DNA of 44,680 bases from a virus: the IMG/VR virus record IMGVR_UViG_3300033068_000459, positions 1 through 44,680 of that record, one strand, 5' to 3'. Both the position numbers and the translations under genes were made by a program. The notes beneath the pieces are model-generated. The model was not told where the DNA came from. It searched no databases and saw only the letters and a list, made by a program, of their open reading frames with translations. Position 1 is the stretch's first letter; each line of letters begins with the position of its first letter. Shown piece after piece: positions 15,198-24,813 of the stretch.

Positions 15198-15542
15198 ATG
15201 TCCACTGTGACCATTGGTTGCCGCTTGCCTTGCGGCCTGATTCTCGATCTTGGCGACCCCAACAAACCCTCTGTTGAGTTGGCTGGTCAGCGTCAAGCGC
15301 AGGCGCGCAGCAAGATCATTGTCCTGAGCGAAGACGATTACGGCACGACCGAAGTCGATCAATCGTTCTGGGAAGCATTCGTTGAGCGTGTTGGTCCCGA
15401 TTTCGCCCCGATCAAATCCGGCGCTATCTTCGTTGCCAAAAACGAGAAGGAAGCGAAGGCGATTCACAAAGACCTGAAGGGCAAGAAGACCGGCCATGAG
15501 CCACTTGCTCAAGATGACCCCGGCATTGAGGCTGCGCCCTAA
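15198..15542 (+). CDS. Hypothetical head-associated protein (114 aa)
   Basis: RBS AGGAGAAG; assigned by position. Confidence 0.65.
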   Translation: MSTVTIGCRLPCGLILDLGDPNKPSVELAGQRQAQARSKIIVLSEDDYGTTEVDQSFWEAFVERVGPDFAPIKSGAIFVAKNEKEAKAIHKDLKGKKTGHEPLAQDDPGIEAAP

Positions 15543-15946
15543 TGGCTGTTGTCGTATTCGTTCCCGCCGACTTCAAGGCTAGATACTGCGAATTCACGGC
15601 GGTAGCGGATGCGCTTTTGCAGGCTTGTTTCGATGAGGCGGGCCTGTATCTCTCCAATAGCGATTGCAGCGTAGTCCAAGACCTGGACCGTAGGCGCATT
15701 CTGCTTTGGATGCTCACGGCCCATATCGCCTATTTGGGCGGCGCGCTGAATCCCAATGGCGGCGGTCCTGTGCCAGTCGGGCGCACCTCTAGCGCGACTG
15801 AGGGCAGCGTCTCCGTGAGCTTTGACTACGGGGTTCCGGGCACTGCCGCATGGTTTTCGCAGTCTCAATGGGGAGCCGCTTTCTGGCAGGCTACTCTTTC
15901 GCTTCGCTCGTTCCGGTATCGCCCACGGGCAACCATCGTCTACTGA
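15542..15946 (+). CDS. Head-tail connector protein (DUF4054-like)
   Basis: The N-terminus ...FVPADFKARYCEFTAV...LLQACFDEAGLYL... matches the recalled DUF4054 pattern. Confidence 0.65.
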   Translation: MAVVVFVPADFKARYCEFTAVADALLQACFDEAGLYLSNSDCSVVQDLDRRRILLWMLTAHIAYLGGALNPNGGGPVPVGRTSSATEGSVSVSFDYGVPGTAAWFSQSQWGAAFWQATLSLRSFRYRPRATIVY

Positions 15947-15948
15947 CC

Positions 15949-16386
15949 ATGGAACTCAAAGGCGGCGGTAAATTGGAAAAGGCGCTAGCCGACATTGCAA
16001 GCAAGATGCAAGGCGGTTCGGTCAGTGTCGGATTCATGGCAGGGGCCACTTACCCCGATGGGACTAGCGTTCCTTCTGTCGCTTTTTGGGACGAGTTTGG
16101 TACAAGCAGGATCCCAGCAAGACCGTTCTTCCGAACGACGATTGCGGAAAAATCCAACGACTGGGCCAAGAAGGTCGGGCAATCCGTTAAGCATTATGGC
16201 TACGATTCCGACAAGATTTTGAGCTTCATGGGTGAGACCATCCAGCAGGATGTGCAATCTTCTATCAACGGATGGCAAGACCCGCCCAACGCCGCTTCTA
16301 CGGTTCGGCAAAAAGGGTTTGATTCCCCGCTGCGCGATACGATGCAAATGCACAATTCCGTTGATTACTTGGCAGAAAAATCGTGA
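15949..16386 (+). CDS. Neck / head-closure protein (HK97 gp10-like)
   Basis: Internal ATG at 15949 (MELKGGGKLEKAL...). The motif FWDEFGTSRIPARPFF is typical of gp10-like proteins. Confidence 0.6.
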   Translation: MELKGGGKLEKALADIASKMQGGSVSVGFMAGATYPDGTSVPSVAFWDEFGTSRIPARPFFRTTIAEKSNDWAKKVGQSVKHYGYDSDKILSFMGETIQQDVQSSINGWQDPPNAASTVRQKGFDSPLRDTMQMHNSVDYLAEKS

Positions 16387-16784
16387 ATCTTCGTGGTTTG
16401 GCAAATTCCGCAATTCAGGGGATCAACCCAAATACGCCAATGACAGTGCGTATTAGCGATGGCACGTACACAATTGACCCCGCAACGCTTCGCCAAGTCC
16501 CGAATTACATTGAATACCCGGCAATGGGCAATGTCCAAGCGCTTGATGGCGATGACTTGGGTCAGGTCAATTACTTGAACATTCAAGGCACGATCCGGGC
16601 TGTCTATCTGTACGGTAGTGTTTCGGGCGTCATCCGACCTGATAGCGTCTCTGTGTCTCGCCTGATCTTTTCGTCCAATGAATCCGGCGTGACCAAAGAA
16701 CGCGAGTGGAATGTGTTCAAGGTGCTGGAGTCTTGGCAGAATTGGTGCAAAGTGGCGGTTGTCTACACGGAGGCCATGCAATGA
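16383..16784 (+). CDS. Hypothetical neck/tail protein (133 aa)
   Basis: The GTG start overlaps the upstream stop (GTGA). Confidence 0.55.
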   Translation: MNLRGLANSAIQGINPNTPMTVRISDGTYTIDPATLRQVPNYIEYPAMGNVQALDGDDLGQVNYLNIQGTIRAVYLYGSVSGVIRPDSVSVSRLIFSSNESGVTKEREWNVFKVLESWQNWCKVAVVYTEAMQ

Positions 16785-17287
16785 GCGTTGATGCTGCCGT
16801 GGTAGCCGTCTCTGCATTTCTCAAGCCTCTGATGCCTGCCACTACTCAGATTGTGCGCGGCATGGCTAATAACGTTCCGCCACCCAATTCCCCGATGATT
16901 GTGATTACTGAGGTAGGACAACCTCAATACACAACCACGCGCACAAAGCTGGATTACATCAACGGTGAAATGACATATGTCATGCCGAAGATGCTCAATC
17001 TGCAATTGGATTTTTATGGGCTTGATGCTGGAACAATGGTCAATATCGCAGTGACCATGCTTCGCAGCTTTTACGCCCGTGATGCATTCCCAGATGGAAT
17101 TACCCCGCTCTATTGCACTGATGCAATGCAGGCACCGTTGATTACTGGCGAAAAGCAGTTTGAAACTCGCTGGCTTTGTACGCTGTCCCTACAGTACAAT
17201 TCCCCCATTGTTGTCGCACAAGAATCGTTCGATACCGTGGGTGATGTATCGATTGACCCGGTTGATATAACCATCCCTGTGGAGTAA
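16781..17287 (+). CDS. Hypothetical tail completion protein (168 aa)
   Basis: The ATG at 16781 overlaps the upstream stop (ATGA). It lies before the sheath gene. Confidence 0.55.
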   Translation: MSVDAAVVAVSAFLKPLMPATTQIVRGMANNVPPPNSPMIVITEVGQPQYTTTRTKLDYINGEMTYVMPKMLNLQLDFYGLDAGTMVNIAVTMLRSFYARDAFPDGITPLYCTDAMQAPLITGEKQFETRWLCTLSLQYNSPIVVAQESFDTVGDVSIDPVDITIPVE

Positions 17288-17292
17288 ACCCC

Positions 17293-18777
17293 ATGACTCA
17301 AGCCATTCCAGTTTCCCAAATCGTCACGATCAACCCTGCGGTTGTCAGCGCTGGCGGCAATCCCCTTTCTTTGAATTCGGTGTTTCTGGTTCAAAACACG
17401 CTGGTTCCAACTTCGTCTTTGATGGAGTTTGCAAGCCGCGATGATGTGTCGGATTACTTTGGATCCAACGCCACGGAAACGCAACTGGCTGCGAATTACT
17501 TTCTCGGCTATGACAATTCGTTCAAGAAGCCGGGGACGCTGTTTTTCGCGGGTTATGCCAATGTGGCGCGAGCAGCCTACATTCGCGGTCAGCCCCTTGC
17601 AGGATTGACCCTGACGGAGCTGCAAGCCATCACCGGAACGCTCTCGTTCACTATTGATGGCGTGGTCAAGAGCGGCACGATCAACCTTGCGGCGGCTTCA
17701 AGTTTCTCCAACGCGGCCACGCTCATGTCCACGTCACTGACTCTGACCGGCGGTGCGGCTATCACTTGGGACGCAACTCAATCCCGCTTTGTCTGCACCT
17801 CTGGAACGACCGGCAACACCTCGACCATGACCTACGGCTCCGGTACTGCGGCTACGGCGCTTGGGTTTACTTCTGGTGTGCTATCGCAAGGTGCAGCCAT
17901 CGACACCCCAGCAACGGCAATGGATCGCATCAAGCAACAGGGCCAGAACTGGGCCGCGTTCATGACGGTGTTCAATCCGGTGATCGGTGACAAGACGGCA
18001 TTTGCCGAATGGACTAACGATCAGAACAACCGATATGCCTATGTTTGCTGGAATCCCGACCTCGCGGCCCTGACGCCCAATAACCCGTCCACCTTTGGCT
18101 CCATCGTTGACACGATGAACTATGAAGGCACGGTGGTGGTTTACGACACTCCAGAATTGGCCGCATTCACTTGCGGTTATATCGGTTCGGTGGACTTTCA
18201 GGCTTTCAACGGTCGCGCCACCCCGGCATTCAAGTCGCAATCTGGCCTGGCGACCACCGCTGACACCCTGTCCGAAGCAAATGCCCTGCTGAGCAACAAT
18301 ACCAGCTACTACGGTCTGTATCAGGCCCCGGGCCAAGGCAACGTCTACAGCATCCTGTACGACGGCCGCATGAACGGATCGAAGTTCCGCTGGCTTGACA
18401 CTTACATCAATCAGATTTATCTGAATGCCCAGCTTCAATTGTCGATTTTCGTGGGTCTGACGCAAGTCAACTCCGCGCCGTACAACAGCCAAGGTGAAGC
18501 GCTGATTCGTGCATGGTGCGCTGATCCGATCCTTGAGGCCCTGAACAACGGCACGATTCGTATCGGCGTTCCTCTGAGCCAAAGTCAGAAGGCAACGATC
18601 TTCTCGCAAGCCGGACTGGACATTTCCACGCAACTGGAAACCCAGGGCTATTACCTGCAAATCCTGCCTGCCACTGCCCAAGTTCGCCAGCAACGTCAAT
18701 CGCCGCCCGTGAAACTTTGGTATTGCGATGGCGGGTCCATCCAAAGTATTACTGTCGCCTCTATCGCGGTTTTGTGA
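17293..18777 (+). CDS. Tail sheath-like protein (DUF3383-like)
   Basis: 494 aa. The N-terminus MTQAIPVSQIVTINPAVVSAGGNPL matches the recalled DUF3383 pattern. It is followed by a tube-like gene. Confidence 0.7.
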   Translation: MTQAIPVSQIVTINPAVVSAGGNPLSLNSVFLVQNTLVPTSSLMEFASRDDVSDYFGSNATETQLAANYFLGYDNSFKKPGTLFFAGYANVARAAYIRGQPLAGLTLTELQAITGTLSFTIDGVVKSGTINLAAASSFSNAATLMSTSLTLTGGAAITWDATQSRFVCTSGTTGNTSTMTYGSGTAATALGFTSGVLSQGAAIDTPATAMDRIKQQGQNWAAFMTVFNPVIGDKTAFAEWTNDQNNRYAYVCWNPDLAALTPNNPSTFGSIVDTMNYEGTVVVYDTPELAAFTCGYIGSVDFQAFNGRATPAFKSQSGLATTADTLSEANALLSNNTSYYGLYQAPGQGNVYSILYDGRMNGSKFRWLDTYINQIYLNAQLQLSIFVGLTQVNSAPYNSQGEALIRAWCADPILEALNNGTIRIGVPLSQSQKATIFSQAGLDISTQLETQGYYLQILPATAQVRQQRQSPPVKLWYCDGGSIQSITVASIAVL

Positions 18778-19358
18778 TGAAGATTTGCAAGCGCTGCCAA
18801 AAGTCAAAGGAGTTTGCATTGTTCGGGAAGAGCAAGCGTTACTCTGATGGCTTTTGGCCATACTGCAAAACTTGTGAATGTCAGCGAGTTGCCGAATACC
18901 GAGCCAAAAATCCTGAAAAAGTCAAAACTACTTTGGCCGCGAGCAGGGAAAAGTGCGCAGATCGAATTGCGGCTACAAAACGCAAATATCGCCTGAACAA
19001 TCCCGAAAAAGTTAAATTGGCTCGTAAGATCGCATACGAAGCTAAACGAGATACCGAGCTTGCAAAAGCTCGGGAATACAAGAAACTCAATCCTCATGTA
19101 ACTCGGTCTAGTGTCGCAAATAGGGTTGCCAGAAAAAAAGATGCAACTCCTTCATGGTTTGATAGAGAGCGGGTTCTTGATCTGCATCGGCAAGCTGTTG
19201 AATTGAATGAATTGACCGGGATGATTTGGCACGTAGATCACATCGTTCCACTAAAATCACCGTTAGTGTGCGGCCTACATTGGCATGAAAACATGCAATT
19301 GTTGCCTGCGAGTGTTAACCAATCGAAATCAAACAGGCATTGGCCTGACATGCCCTAA
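18777..19358 (+). CDS. Free-standing HNH homing endonuclease inserted between sheath and tube
   Basis: The start overlaps the sheath stop (TGATG). CKRCQ...CKTCEC zinc motifs, HVDHIVPL...N...LLPASVNQSK (HNH). AT-richer than its neighbours (by eye). Confidence 0.85.
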   Translation: MKICKRCQKSKEFALFGKSKRYSDGFWPYCKTCECQRVAEYRAKNPEKVKTTLAASREKCADRIAATKRKYRLNNPEKVKLARKIAYEAKRDTELAKAREYKKLNPHVTRSSVANRVARKKDATPSWFDRERVLDLHRQAVELNELTGMIWHVDHIVPLKSPLVCGLHWHENMQLLPASVNQSKSNRHWPDMP

Positions 19359-19370
19359 GGAGTTATTTAA

Positions 19371-19811
19371 ATGGCCGAACGCACTATCACCGCAGCCGAT
19401 GCGACCTTTGTCATCAGCTCCGCAGACTTCGCCCTTGCGGCAACCGTTCTTGAGGGCTACGCGGCAGACGCTGCGTTTGCCACCGACAACGCAGACACGG
19501 CGGAAACGTCGCTGGGCGTTGATGGCAAACTCTCCGCTGGCTGGGTCCCACGCAGCTACAACCAGACTATCACGCTCCAGCCTGACAGTATCAGCCGAGC
19601 TGTGTTTGACGCCCTGGTGGGGGCCCAAGATGCGGCCCGCACGGTCTACCGACTCAATGGCGTTATCAATCTTCCAGGGAACCAGTACAGCTACAACCTG
19701 ACCCGTGGCGTGCTGAAGAACTACAGTTCCATGCCAAACGCTCAACGTGTTTTGCAGCCCATGACGTTTGTCATTGAGTGGGAAAAGGTTCTCGCTGTCC
19801 CGGTGGGTTGA
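19371..19811 (+). CDS. Tail tube protein (DUF3277-like)
   Basis: 146 aa with RBS AAGGAG. Assigned by position after the sheath and by the recalled family pattern. Confidence 0.65.
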   Translation: MAERTITAADATFVISSADFALAATVLEGYAADAAFATDNADTAETSLGVDGKLSAGWVPRSYNQTITLQPDSISRAVFDALVGAQDAARTVYRLNGVINLPGNQYSYNLTRGVLKNYSSMPNAQRVLQPMTFVIEWEKVLAVPVG

Positions 19812-19857
19812 TAGCGGCCCTTCGGGGTCTTCATAATTTCAAACAGGAGAAAGACAG

Positions 19858-20250
19858 ATGGCACGACGCACAAAGGTTTTCACGGTCAATGACGAAAAAA
19901 GTCGGGACCATGGCCGCGCATACCTCATCACCGAAATGTCGGCGGAGGATGCGGAATGGTGGGCTTTTCAGGTGCTTCAAGCCCTTCTTGGCAGTGATGG
20001 CAATATTGATTTCAATGCCCCATTGGCTCAGATGGCCCGCCAAGGTCTGGCCGCGCTTGGCAAATTGCCTCCCGCCCAGGCTCGACCGCTGCTTGAGCAA
20101 ATGATGGACTGCGTCCGCGTGAAGTTGCCGAACAGCAACGAATCCCGCGACATGCTTCCGAACGATATCGAGGAAGTCAAAACCCGCGTGCTTCTGAGAA
20201 AGGAAGTGCTCGATTTGCATGTTGATTTTTTCACAGGTGGCGGCGAGTAG
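19858..20250 (+). CDS. Tail assembly chaperone (short, zero-frame product)
   Basis: 130 aa with RBS AGGAGAAAG. It lies directly upstream of the tape measure gene and contains a slippery site near its end. Confidence 0.7.
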   Translation: MARRTKVFTVNDEKSRDHGRAYLITEMSAEDAEWWAFQVLQALLGSDGNIDFNAPLAQMARQGLAALGKLPPAQARPLLEQMMDCVRVKLPNSNESRDMLPNDIEEVKTRVLLRKEVLDLHVDFFTGGGE

Positions 20251-20453
20251 ATTTCGGGCTGAGGCCGCCCAGCAAGCATGCCGATAAGCTGGTGGCATAC
20301 GCCAATACGCCGGGCATCATCGCCACGTTGGTATCCGCCCGATTGGCTACGCTACATGAGCTTCAAACTGTTCTAGGGCCTTATGACGCTTACCGGCTGC
20401 TAGAGATTCACATGATCGACCAGCACAATACGGGCGTGCTAAATGGGAGCTGA
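19858..20453 (+). CDS. Tail assembly chaperone, -1 frameshifted long product (slip at 20226-20232)
   Basis: After T-TTT-TTC the -1 frame stays open for 73 more sense codons (starting at CAC 20232; the two slipped Phe codons come first), giving ...FFHRWRRVDFG...LATLHELQTVLGPYDAYRLLEIH..., until TGA 20451-20453. That stop is 3 nt before the tape measure ATG. Confidence 0.7.
20226..20269 (+). promoter_or_regulatory. Programmed -1 frameshift signal: heptamer T TTT TTC plus downstream GC stem
   Basis: The zero-frame codons are gaT TTT TTC. A 6-bp G/C stem (GGCGGC 20239-20244 with GCCGCC 20264-20269) starts 6 nt after the heptamer. Confidence 0.65.
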
Positions 20454-20456
20454 TGC

Positions 20457-22055
20457 ATGACCGTCATTGATTCGCTTGTTGTCAAACTTGGGCTCGACAG
20501 TAAAGACTTCCAGCGGGGGTCTAAAGCCGCCGAGACCTCTTTCACCAAGACGAAACAAGCCGCCCAAAAAACCGGCAAAGATATCGAGTATGCCGGTAAG
20601 CAGGGCGCGGAATTCTTCAATCAGCTTCGCAAATCTGCGATTCAGTTTTTCTCAGTCCTGACCGTTGGCCGAGGGATCGCTGATTTCACCCGTCAAGTTA
20701 TCGGATCAGGCGCTCAGCTTGATCGCATGGCCACCCGCGTGGGCGAATCCGCTAGTCAGCTCTCACGCTGGCAAGGCGCAGTCCGACAATCTGGCGGTTC
20801 CGCAGAAGGCTTTCTAGCCACGATCCAAGGGATTTCCAATCAGTTCACGCAACTGAAGGAAACCGGGGATGCCCCAATCCGCATGCTGCTCCAGCAGCTT
20901 GGAGTATCCGCCGCCGATGCGACCGGGAAGGCAAAACCCGTTTTAGAACTCATTCGAGACATTGGGGACTCGCTAGAGGGAAAGCAGTGGTCTAACGCCG
21001 ACAAGTTCAACAAGCTTCTTGCAGCCGGATTTGATGAGGGCACCATCAATCTGTTGTTGCGCGGCAGGCAAGAGCGTGAAAAGCTGCTGGCCGCTCAAAG
21101 GGAATACAACGACGCTGATGCCAAAGCCGCTCGTATTGCCGAGGAGAAATGGGAGCTTGCCAAGCAGCGCATGGAGAAATTGACACAAACACTTGTGTTC
21201 AAGTTGCTTCCTATTTTTGAAAAAGGAATCGAACTTCTTGAGTCTTTTGGTGAAATTGCCGTCGCAGTTTTTGACAAGAGCATTGAAGGCTGGGGGAAAA
21301 TTTTTGACTGGACTTCCTTGTGGGTGGAAAAGCTGCATGAAGCCTTAGAACTTCTTGGGAAGATCACTGGATTCGACATCCGTGGAACTATCGGAAAAGG
21401 AACTGCAAAGGTTTTGGCTTTTTTTGGCAACAAAGAAGCTCAAGCTGCGCTAGATGCCAATGAAAAAGGAGTGGTTCCTTCAACTGCACCGACTTCAAAG
21501 GCCGAGCCACCAATGTCCTACAACATGGCGAATGAACTTGCCGCCGCTGAAAAGGCGAATGGTCTTCCGGCTGGATTGCTATCCTCCATCGTCAAACAAG
21601 AGACCGGCGGGCGTCAGGCATTTATTGATGACCCGTCAAAGTACCACTATGAAAAGGACGCCAGCGGAAAGCGGAAATCTTCCGCCTTCGGGCCTTTTGG
21701 CATTCTGGAGTCTACCGCCCGAGACCCGGGGTATGGCGTTTCTCCGCTGAAAGACAAGTCCCTCCAAGAACAAACGCGCTTTGCAGCTCAATATGCAGCG
21801 GCTCGCATTCGGGCGGCTGGTAGTGTTGCTGGTGGTTTAGCGGGATATGGCGAGGGTGACAAATATGCCGCTCAGGTTATTGGACGGCTTCCAATGACTG
21901 GCGTGTCAACTGCTGGCGCAGGCCGTGGCAATACAAACCCTTCTAGCGTATCTATTGGCGAGGTCAATGTTTATACTCAAGCGACCGACGCAAATGGTAT
22001 TGCGCGAGACCTCCAGGCGTCAATTGTTCGCCAGTCTGATACAGCCATGAGATAA
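20457..22055 (+). CDS. Tape measure protein with a C-terminal lytic transglycosylase (SLT-like) domain
   Basis: 532 aa with a helical N-terminal two-thirds. The C-terminal motif LLSSIVKQETGG...AFGPFGILEST is SLT-like. Confidence 0.8.
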   Translation: MTVIDSLVVKLGLDSKDFQRGSKAAETSFTKTKQAAQKTGKDIEYAGKQGAEFFNQLRKSAIQFFSVLTVGRGIADFTRQVIGSGAQLDRMATRVGESASQLSRWQGAVRQSGGSAEGFLATIQGISNQFTQLKETGDAPIRMLLQQLGVSAADATGKAKPVLELIRDIGDSLEGKQWSNADKFNKLLAAGFDEGTINLLLRGRQEREKLLAAQREYNDADAKAARIAEEKWELAKQRMEKLTQTLVFKLLPIFEKGIELLESFGEIAVAVFDKSIEGWGKIFDWTSLWVEKLHEALELLGKITGFDIRGTIGKGTAKVLAFFGNKEAQAALDANEKGVVPSTAPTSKAEPPMSYNMANELAAAEKANGLPAGLLSSIVKQETGGRQAFIDDPSKYHYEKDASGKRKSSAFGPFGILESTARDPGYGVSPLKDKSLQEQTRFAAQYAAARIRAAGSVAGGLAGYGEGDKYAAQVIGRLPMTGVSTAGAGRGNTNPSSVSIGEVNVYTQATDANGIARDLQASIVRQSDTAMR

Positions 22056-22057
22056 GC

Positions 22058-22648
22058 ATGTTCGGAATCCCAAATCTACTGAGAAAGGCTCCTGGAGCCA
22101 TTGCAATCACACTGCTGGGGAATAGTGTCAGCCGGTTGATGGATTTTTTGTTTCCGGCTCCTACGTGGGGTGTTTATCGACCTGGGACCACGACGCCCGC
22201 ATTTGAAGTCAGCAGCGTTGCAGAACTTGACCTAGGCGGCGAAACTGCATTGAGTGATTACCCAATAGAAACTGGGTCATTTACGACATACAACAAGGTT
22301 TTGATGCCAAATGTCTTTTCTATCCGTCTCACTCGGGATGGATCTGAAAATCAGCGCGCCGCGTTCTTGAATTGGCTTCAAGCCGTCTTGCAAAGCCTTG
22401 ATTTGTTTGACGTTTTGTGTCCTGAGCGTACATATCGAAATGTGACGTTGAAGTCATATCGAATCACTCGGACCAGCGAATCCGGCGCGGCTATGATTGT
22501 TGCCGATTGCATCTTCCAGGAGGTTCGGCAGATTCCTGCGCTGTACGGAACGTCTCAAATATCGGCTCCAGCAAACCAGCCACCTACGCCGACTGTTCGG
22601 GTTAGCCCGGTGCCGGATCAAACCATCCTGCAAGGCTTCCCGCTCTAA
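22058..22648 (+). CDS. Baseplate/tail protein (196 aa)
   Basis: Assigned by position, immediately after the tape measure gene. Confidence 0.5.
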   Translation: MFGIPNLLRKAPGAIAITLLGNSVSRLMDFLFPAPTWGVYRPGTTTPAFEVSSVAELDLGGETALSDYPIETGSFTTYNKVLMPNVFSIRLTRDGSENQRAAFLNWLQAVLQSLDLFDVLCPERTYRNVTLKSYRITRTSESGAAMIVADCIFQEVRQIPALYGTSQISAPANQPPTPTVRVSPVPDQTILQGFPL

Positions 22649-22650
22649 CC

Positions 22651-22950
22651 ATGGCCGTTTACACCATCCCTCTGAGTCAAGTCCCATCCCAGTCGGTTAA
22701 TGTCCTTCTGGCTGGACAGCCATGCACCATTGAGCTTCGATTGGTCGGCGGACGGCAATATTTTGGGTTGAGTGTCAACGGCACAGTAATCTGCCGGAAT
22801 GTTCTTATGGTCAATCGATCGAGAATTGTCCGAGCGGCCTACACTGGTTTCGTCGGTGACTTCGCTGCAATTGATACTCAAGGGGATGCGCCCCCTGAAT
22901 ACACAGGATGGGGGACGCGATGGCTTCTAGCTTTCAGCGACGACGCATAA
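22651..22950 (+). CDS. Small baseplate/tail protein (99 aa)
   Basis: Assigned by position and tight spacing. Confidence 0.5.
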   Translation: MAVYTIPLSQVPSQSVNVLLAGQPCTIELRLVGGRQYFGLSVNGTVICRNVLMVNRSRIVRAAYTGFVGDFAAIDTQGDAPPEYTGWGTRWLLAFSDDA

Positions 22951-23810
22951 GAATCACGTTCCAGCTCGCCACTGGTTCTTTTGCTCGTGAAGGAAACCCG
23001 GATTCCGTCGTTCTGGAAGATTTCCGGACGAAGGTCGAGATTCATGCACCTGGAGGCGCGGAGTTTGCCGTCTGCAAGGTCAGGATTTTGGGCCTGAAAA
23101 AAGATGTGATGGACCGCCTGACGGTAATTAACTACCTGAATCTAGACCTCATGCGGAACGTCCTTCGCGTAGAGGCAACCGATGAAAATGGTTTGTTCGT
23201 CAACATCTTTGTCGGCGAGCTTTACCAGTCTCATCCCGAATACATGGGTGCGCCAGATGTGCCATTTGTGGCTGAAGCGCGGTCAGGAATGATTGGTTCG
23301 CTTACGCCCGCCCCGGCAGTGTCATATCCTGGCGCACGGAAAGTCAGTGAGATGATGGCAATCCAAGCCGCCGAGCTTGGAATGACGCTAGAAAACAACG
23401 GTGTTGATGGAACGCTGACCGATCAATATTTGGTCGGATCGCCTGTGTACAAAATACAACGCATTGCAGCAGATGCCAGAATTCAATTCTGGTTCCTGCA
23501 AGAGCAGGGCGTTTTGGCAATTGCGCCAATGGGGAAGCCTAGAACGGCTATTCCTGCCGTCACCTACAACATTGACAATGGATTGGTGGGTTGGCCGACA
23601 AGGCTTCACAATGGAGTTGCATTTACCGCCCTATTCAAGCCGCAAATGTCCCACGGTTGCAAAATTGTCATGGAATCCAGTGTGCCCGCCTGCAATGGGG
23701 AGTGGTACGTTATTAGCATGTCCCATCGATTAGATGCAATGACGCCGGGCGGTGCATGGTTTACTGATTTTGTGGCGGCTCCTGAAAACGTCGTGATTGT
23801 GACCCGATGA
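22920..23810 (+). CDS. Baseplate hub-like protein
   Basis: About 297 aa. The ATG at 22920 is preferred over the track start at 22908. It precedes the spike gene. Confidence 0.5.
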   Translation: MASSFQRRRIRITFQLATGSFAREGNPDSVVLEDFRTKVEIHAPGGAEFAVCKVRILGLKKDVMDRLTVINYLNLDLMRNVLRVEATDENGLFVNIFVGELYQSHPEYMGAPDVPFVAEARSGMIGSLTPAPAVSYPGARKVSEMMAIQAAELGMTLENNGVDGTLTDQYLVGSPVYKIQRIAADARIQFWFLQEQGVLAIAPMGKPRTAIPAVTYNIDNGLVGWPTRLHNGVAFTALFKPQMSHGCKIVMESSVPACNGEWYVISMSHRLDAMTPGGAWFTDFVAAPENVVIVTR

Positions 23811-24457
23811 GCGTTGATACCACTCTCTATTACGGACAGACAGACCCTACGACCACACAAGGGGACTGGAACCGACTGCGCTTTGCTATTCAGCAACAGA
23901 TGCTTGCCCTGAATACCAGTATGCCCGTTCGCGTTTTATCCGTGCAGCCAGGGGGCCTCGGCCCGGTTGGTTTCGTCAGCATTCAGGTGCTTGTTGATCA
24001 AATTACTGGTGACAACAAAACTTTCCCCCATGGGGAAATCCCTAATGTTCCGTATATGCGCCTTCAAGGCGGCGCAGACGCAATAATCATTGATCCCAAA
24101 GTCGGCGATATTGGAATGGCCTGCTTTGCCAGCCGAGATATCAGCGCAGTGAAGAACGTTCGCATGGCCGCACCTCCCGGAAGTCGCCGTGCCTATGACT
24201 TTTCGGATGCCATGTATATCGGCGGATTGCTAAATGGCGCACCGACTCAATACATTCAATTCACAGAAGGCGGGATTCTGTTGCATAGCCCGACATCGCT
24301 GACATTCCAAGCACCCAACATGAGCTTTGTTGGAAACGCTGCCTTTAGCGGCGGAACGTTGACACATGAGGGCAAAAACGTTGGCAGCACGCACACGCAC
24401 GCAGGATCTCCTACTGCGCCAAATGGCCCTGTGAGCAATACCGGACAGCCAACGTAA
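23807..24457 (+). CDS. Baseplate central spike (Mu gp45 / gp138 N-terminal-like)
   Basis: The pattern ...MPVRVLSVQPGG...NVPYMRLQGGADAIIIDPKVGDIGMACFASRDIS is typical of gpV / gp45-type spikes. Confidence 0.65.
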   Translation: MSVDTTLYYGQTDPTTTQGDWNRLRFAIQQQMLALNTSMPVRVLSVQPGGLGPVGFVSIQVLVDQITGDNKTFPHGEIPNVPYMRLQGGADAIIIDPKVGDIGMACFASRDISAVKNVRMAAPPGSRRAYDFSDAMYIGGLLNGAPTQYIQFTEGGILLHSPTSLTFQAPNMSFVGNAAFSGGTLTHEGKNVGSTHTHAGSPTAPNGPVSNTGQPT

Positions 24458-24465
24458 GGATAAAT

Positions 24466-24813
24466 ATGTCTACCATGTACCTTGACCCTGATTCATGGGA
24501 TTTGGCAGTTGATGCATCACGGAGAATTGCACTGGCAACCGATCAATATGCCACTGCCCAATCGGTGGCAAACGCGTGTCGTTTGTGGCGCGGCGAAGCC
24601 CCGTTCAATGCGGAGCGTGGAATGCCATACGAAACTGAGATTCTAGGGAAGCAGCCTCCAACTCAATTGTTGGCCGGGTGGTTTCAAACAGAAGCCGCGC
24701 TGGTTCCTAATGTTGAATCCGCAGTGGCGGTGCTACAATTTGACCGCCCTTCACGCGGATTGAGCGGGCAAATTCAATGCACCCTAACCGATGGGACGGT
24801 AATCAATGTCTAA
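24466..24813 (+). CDS. Baseplate wedge protein (gp25/W-like or DUF2634-like)
   Basis: 115 aa, positioned between the spike and the J-like protein. Confidence 0.5.
   Translation: MSTMYLDPDSWDLAVDASRRIALATDQYATAQSVANACRLWRGEAPFNAERGMPYETEILGKQPPTQLLAGWFQTEAALVPNVESAVAVLQFDRPSRGLSGQIQCTLTDGTVINV

Noticed and set aside
17881-18861. Minus-strand ORF of 326 aa
   Set aside because: It is antisense to the sheath gene, with no start context.
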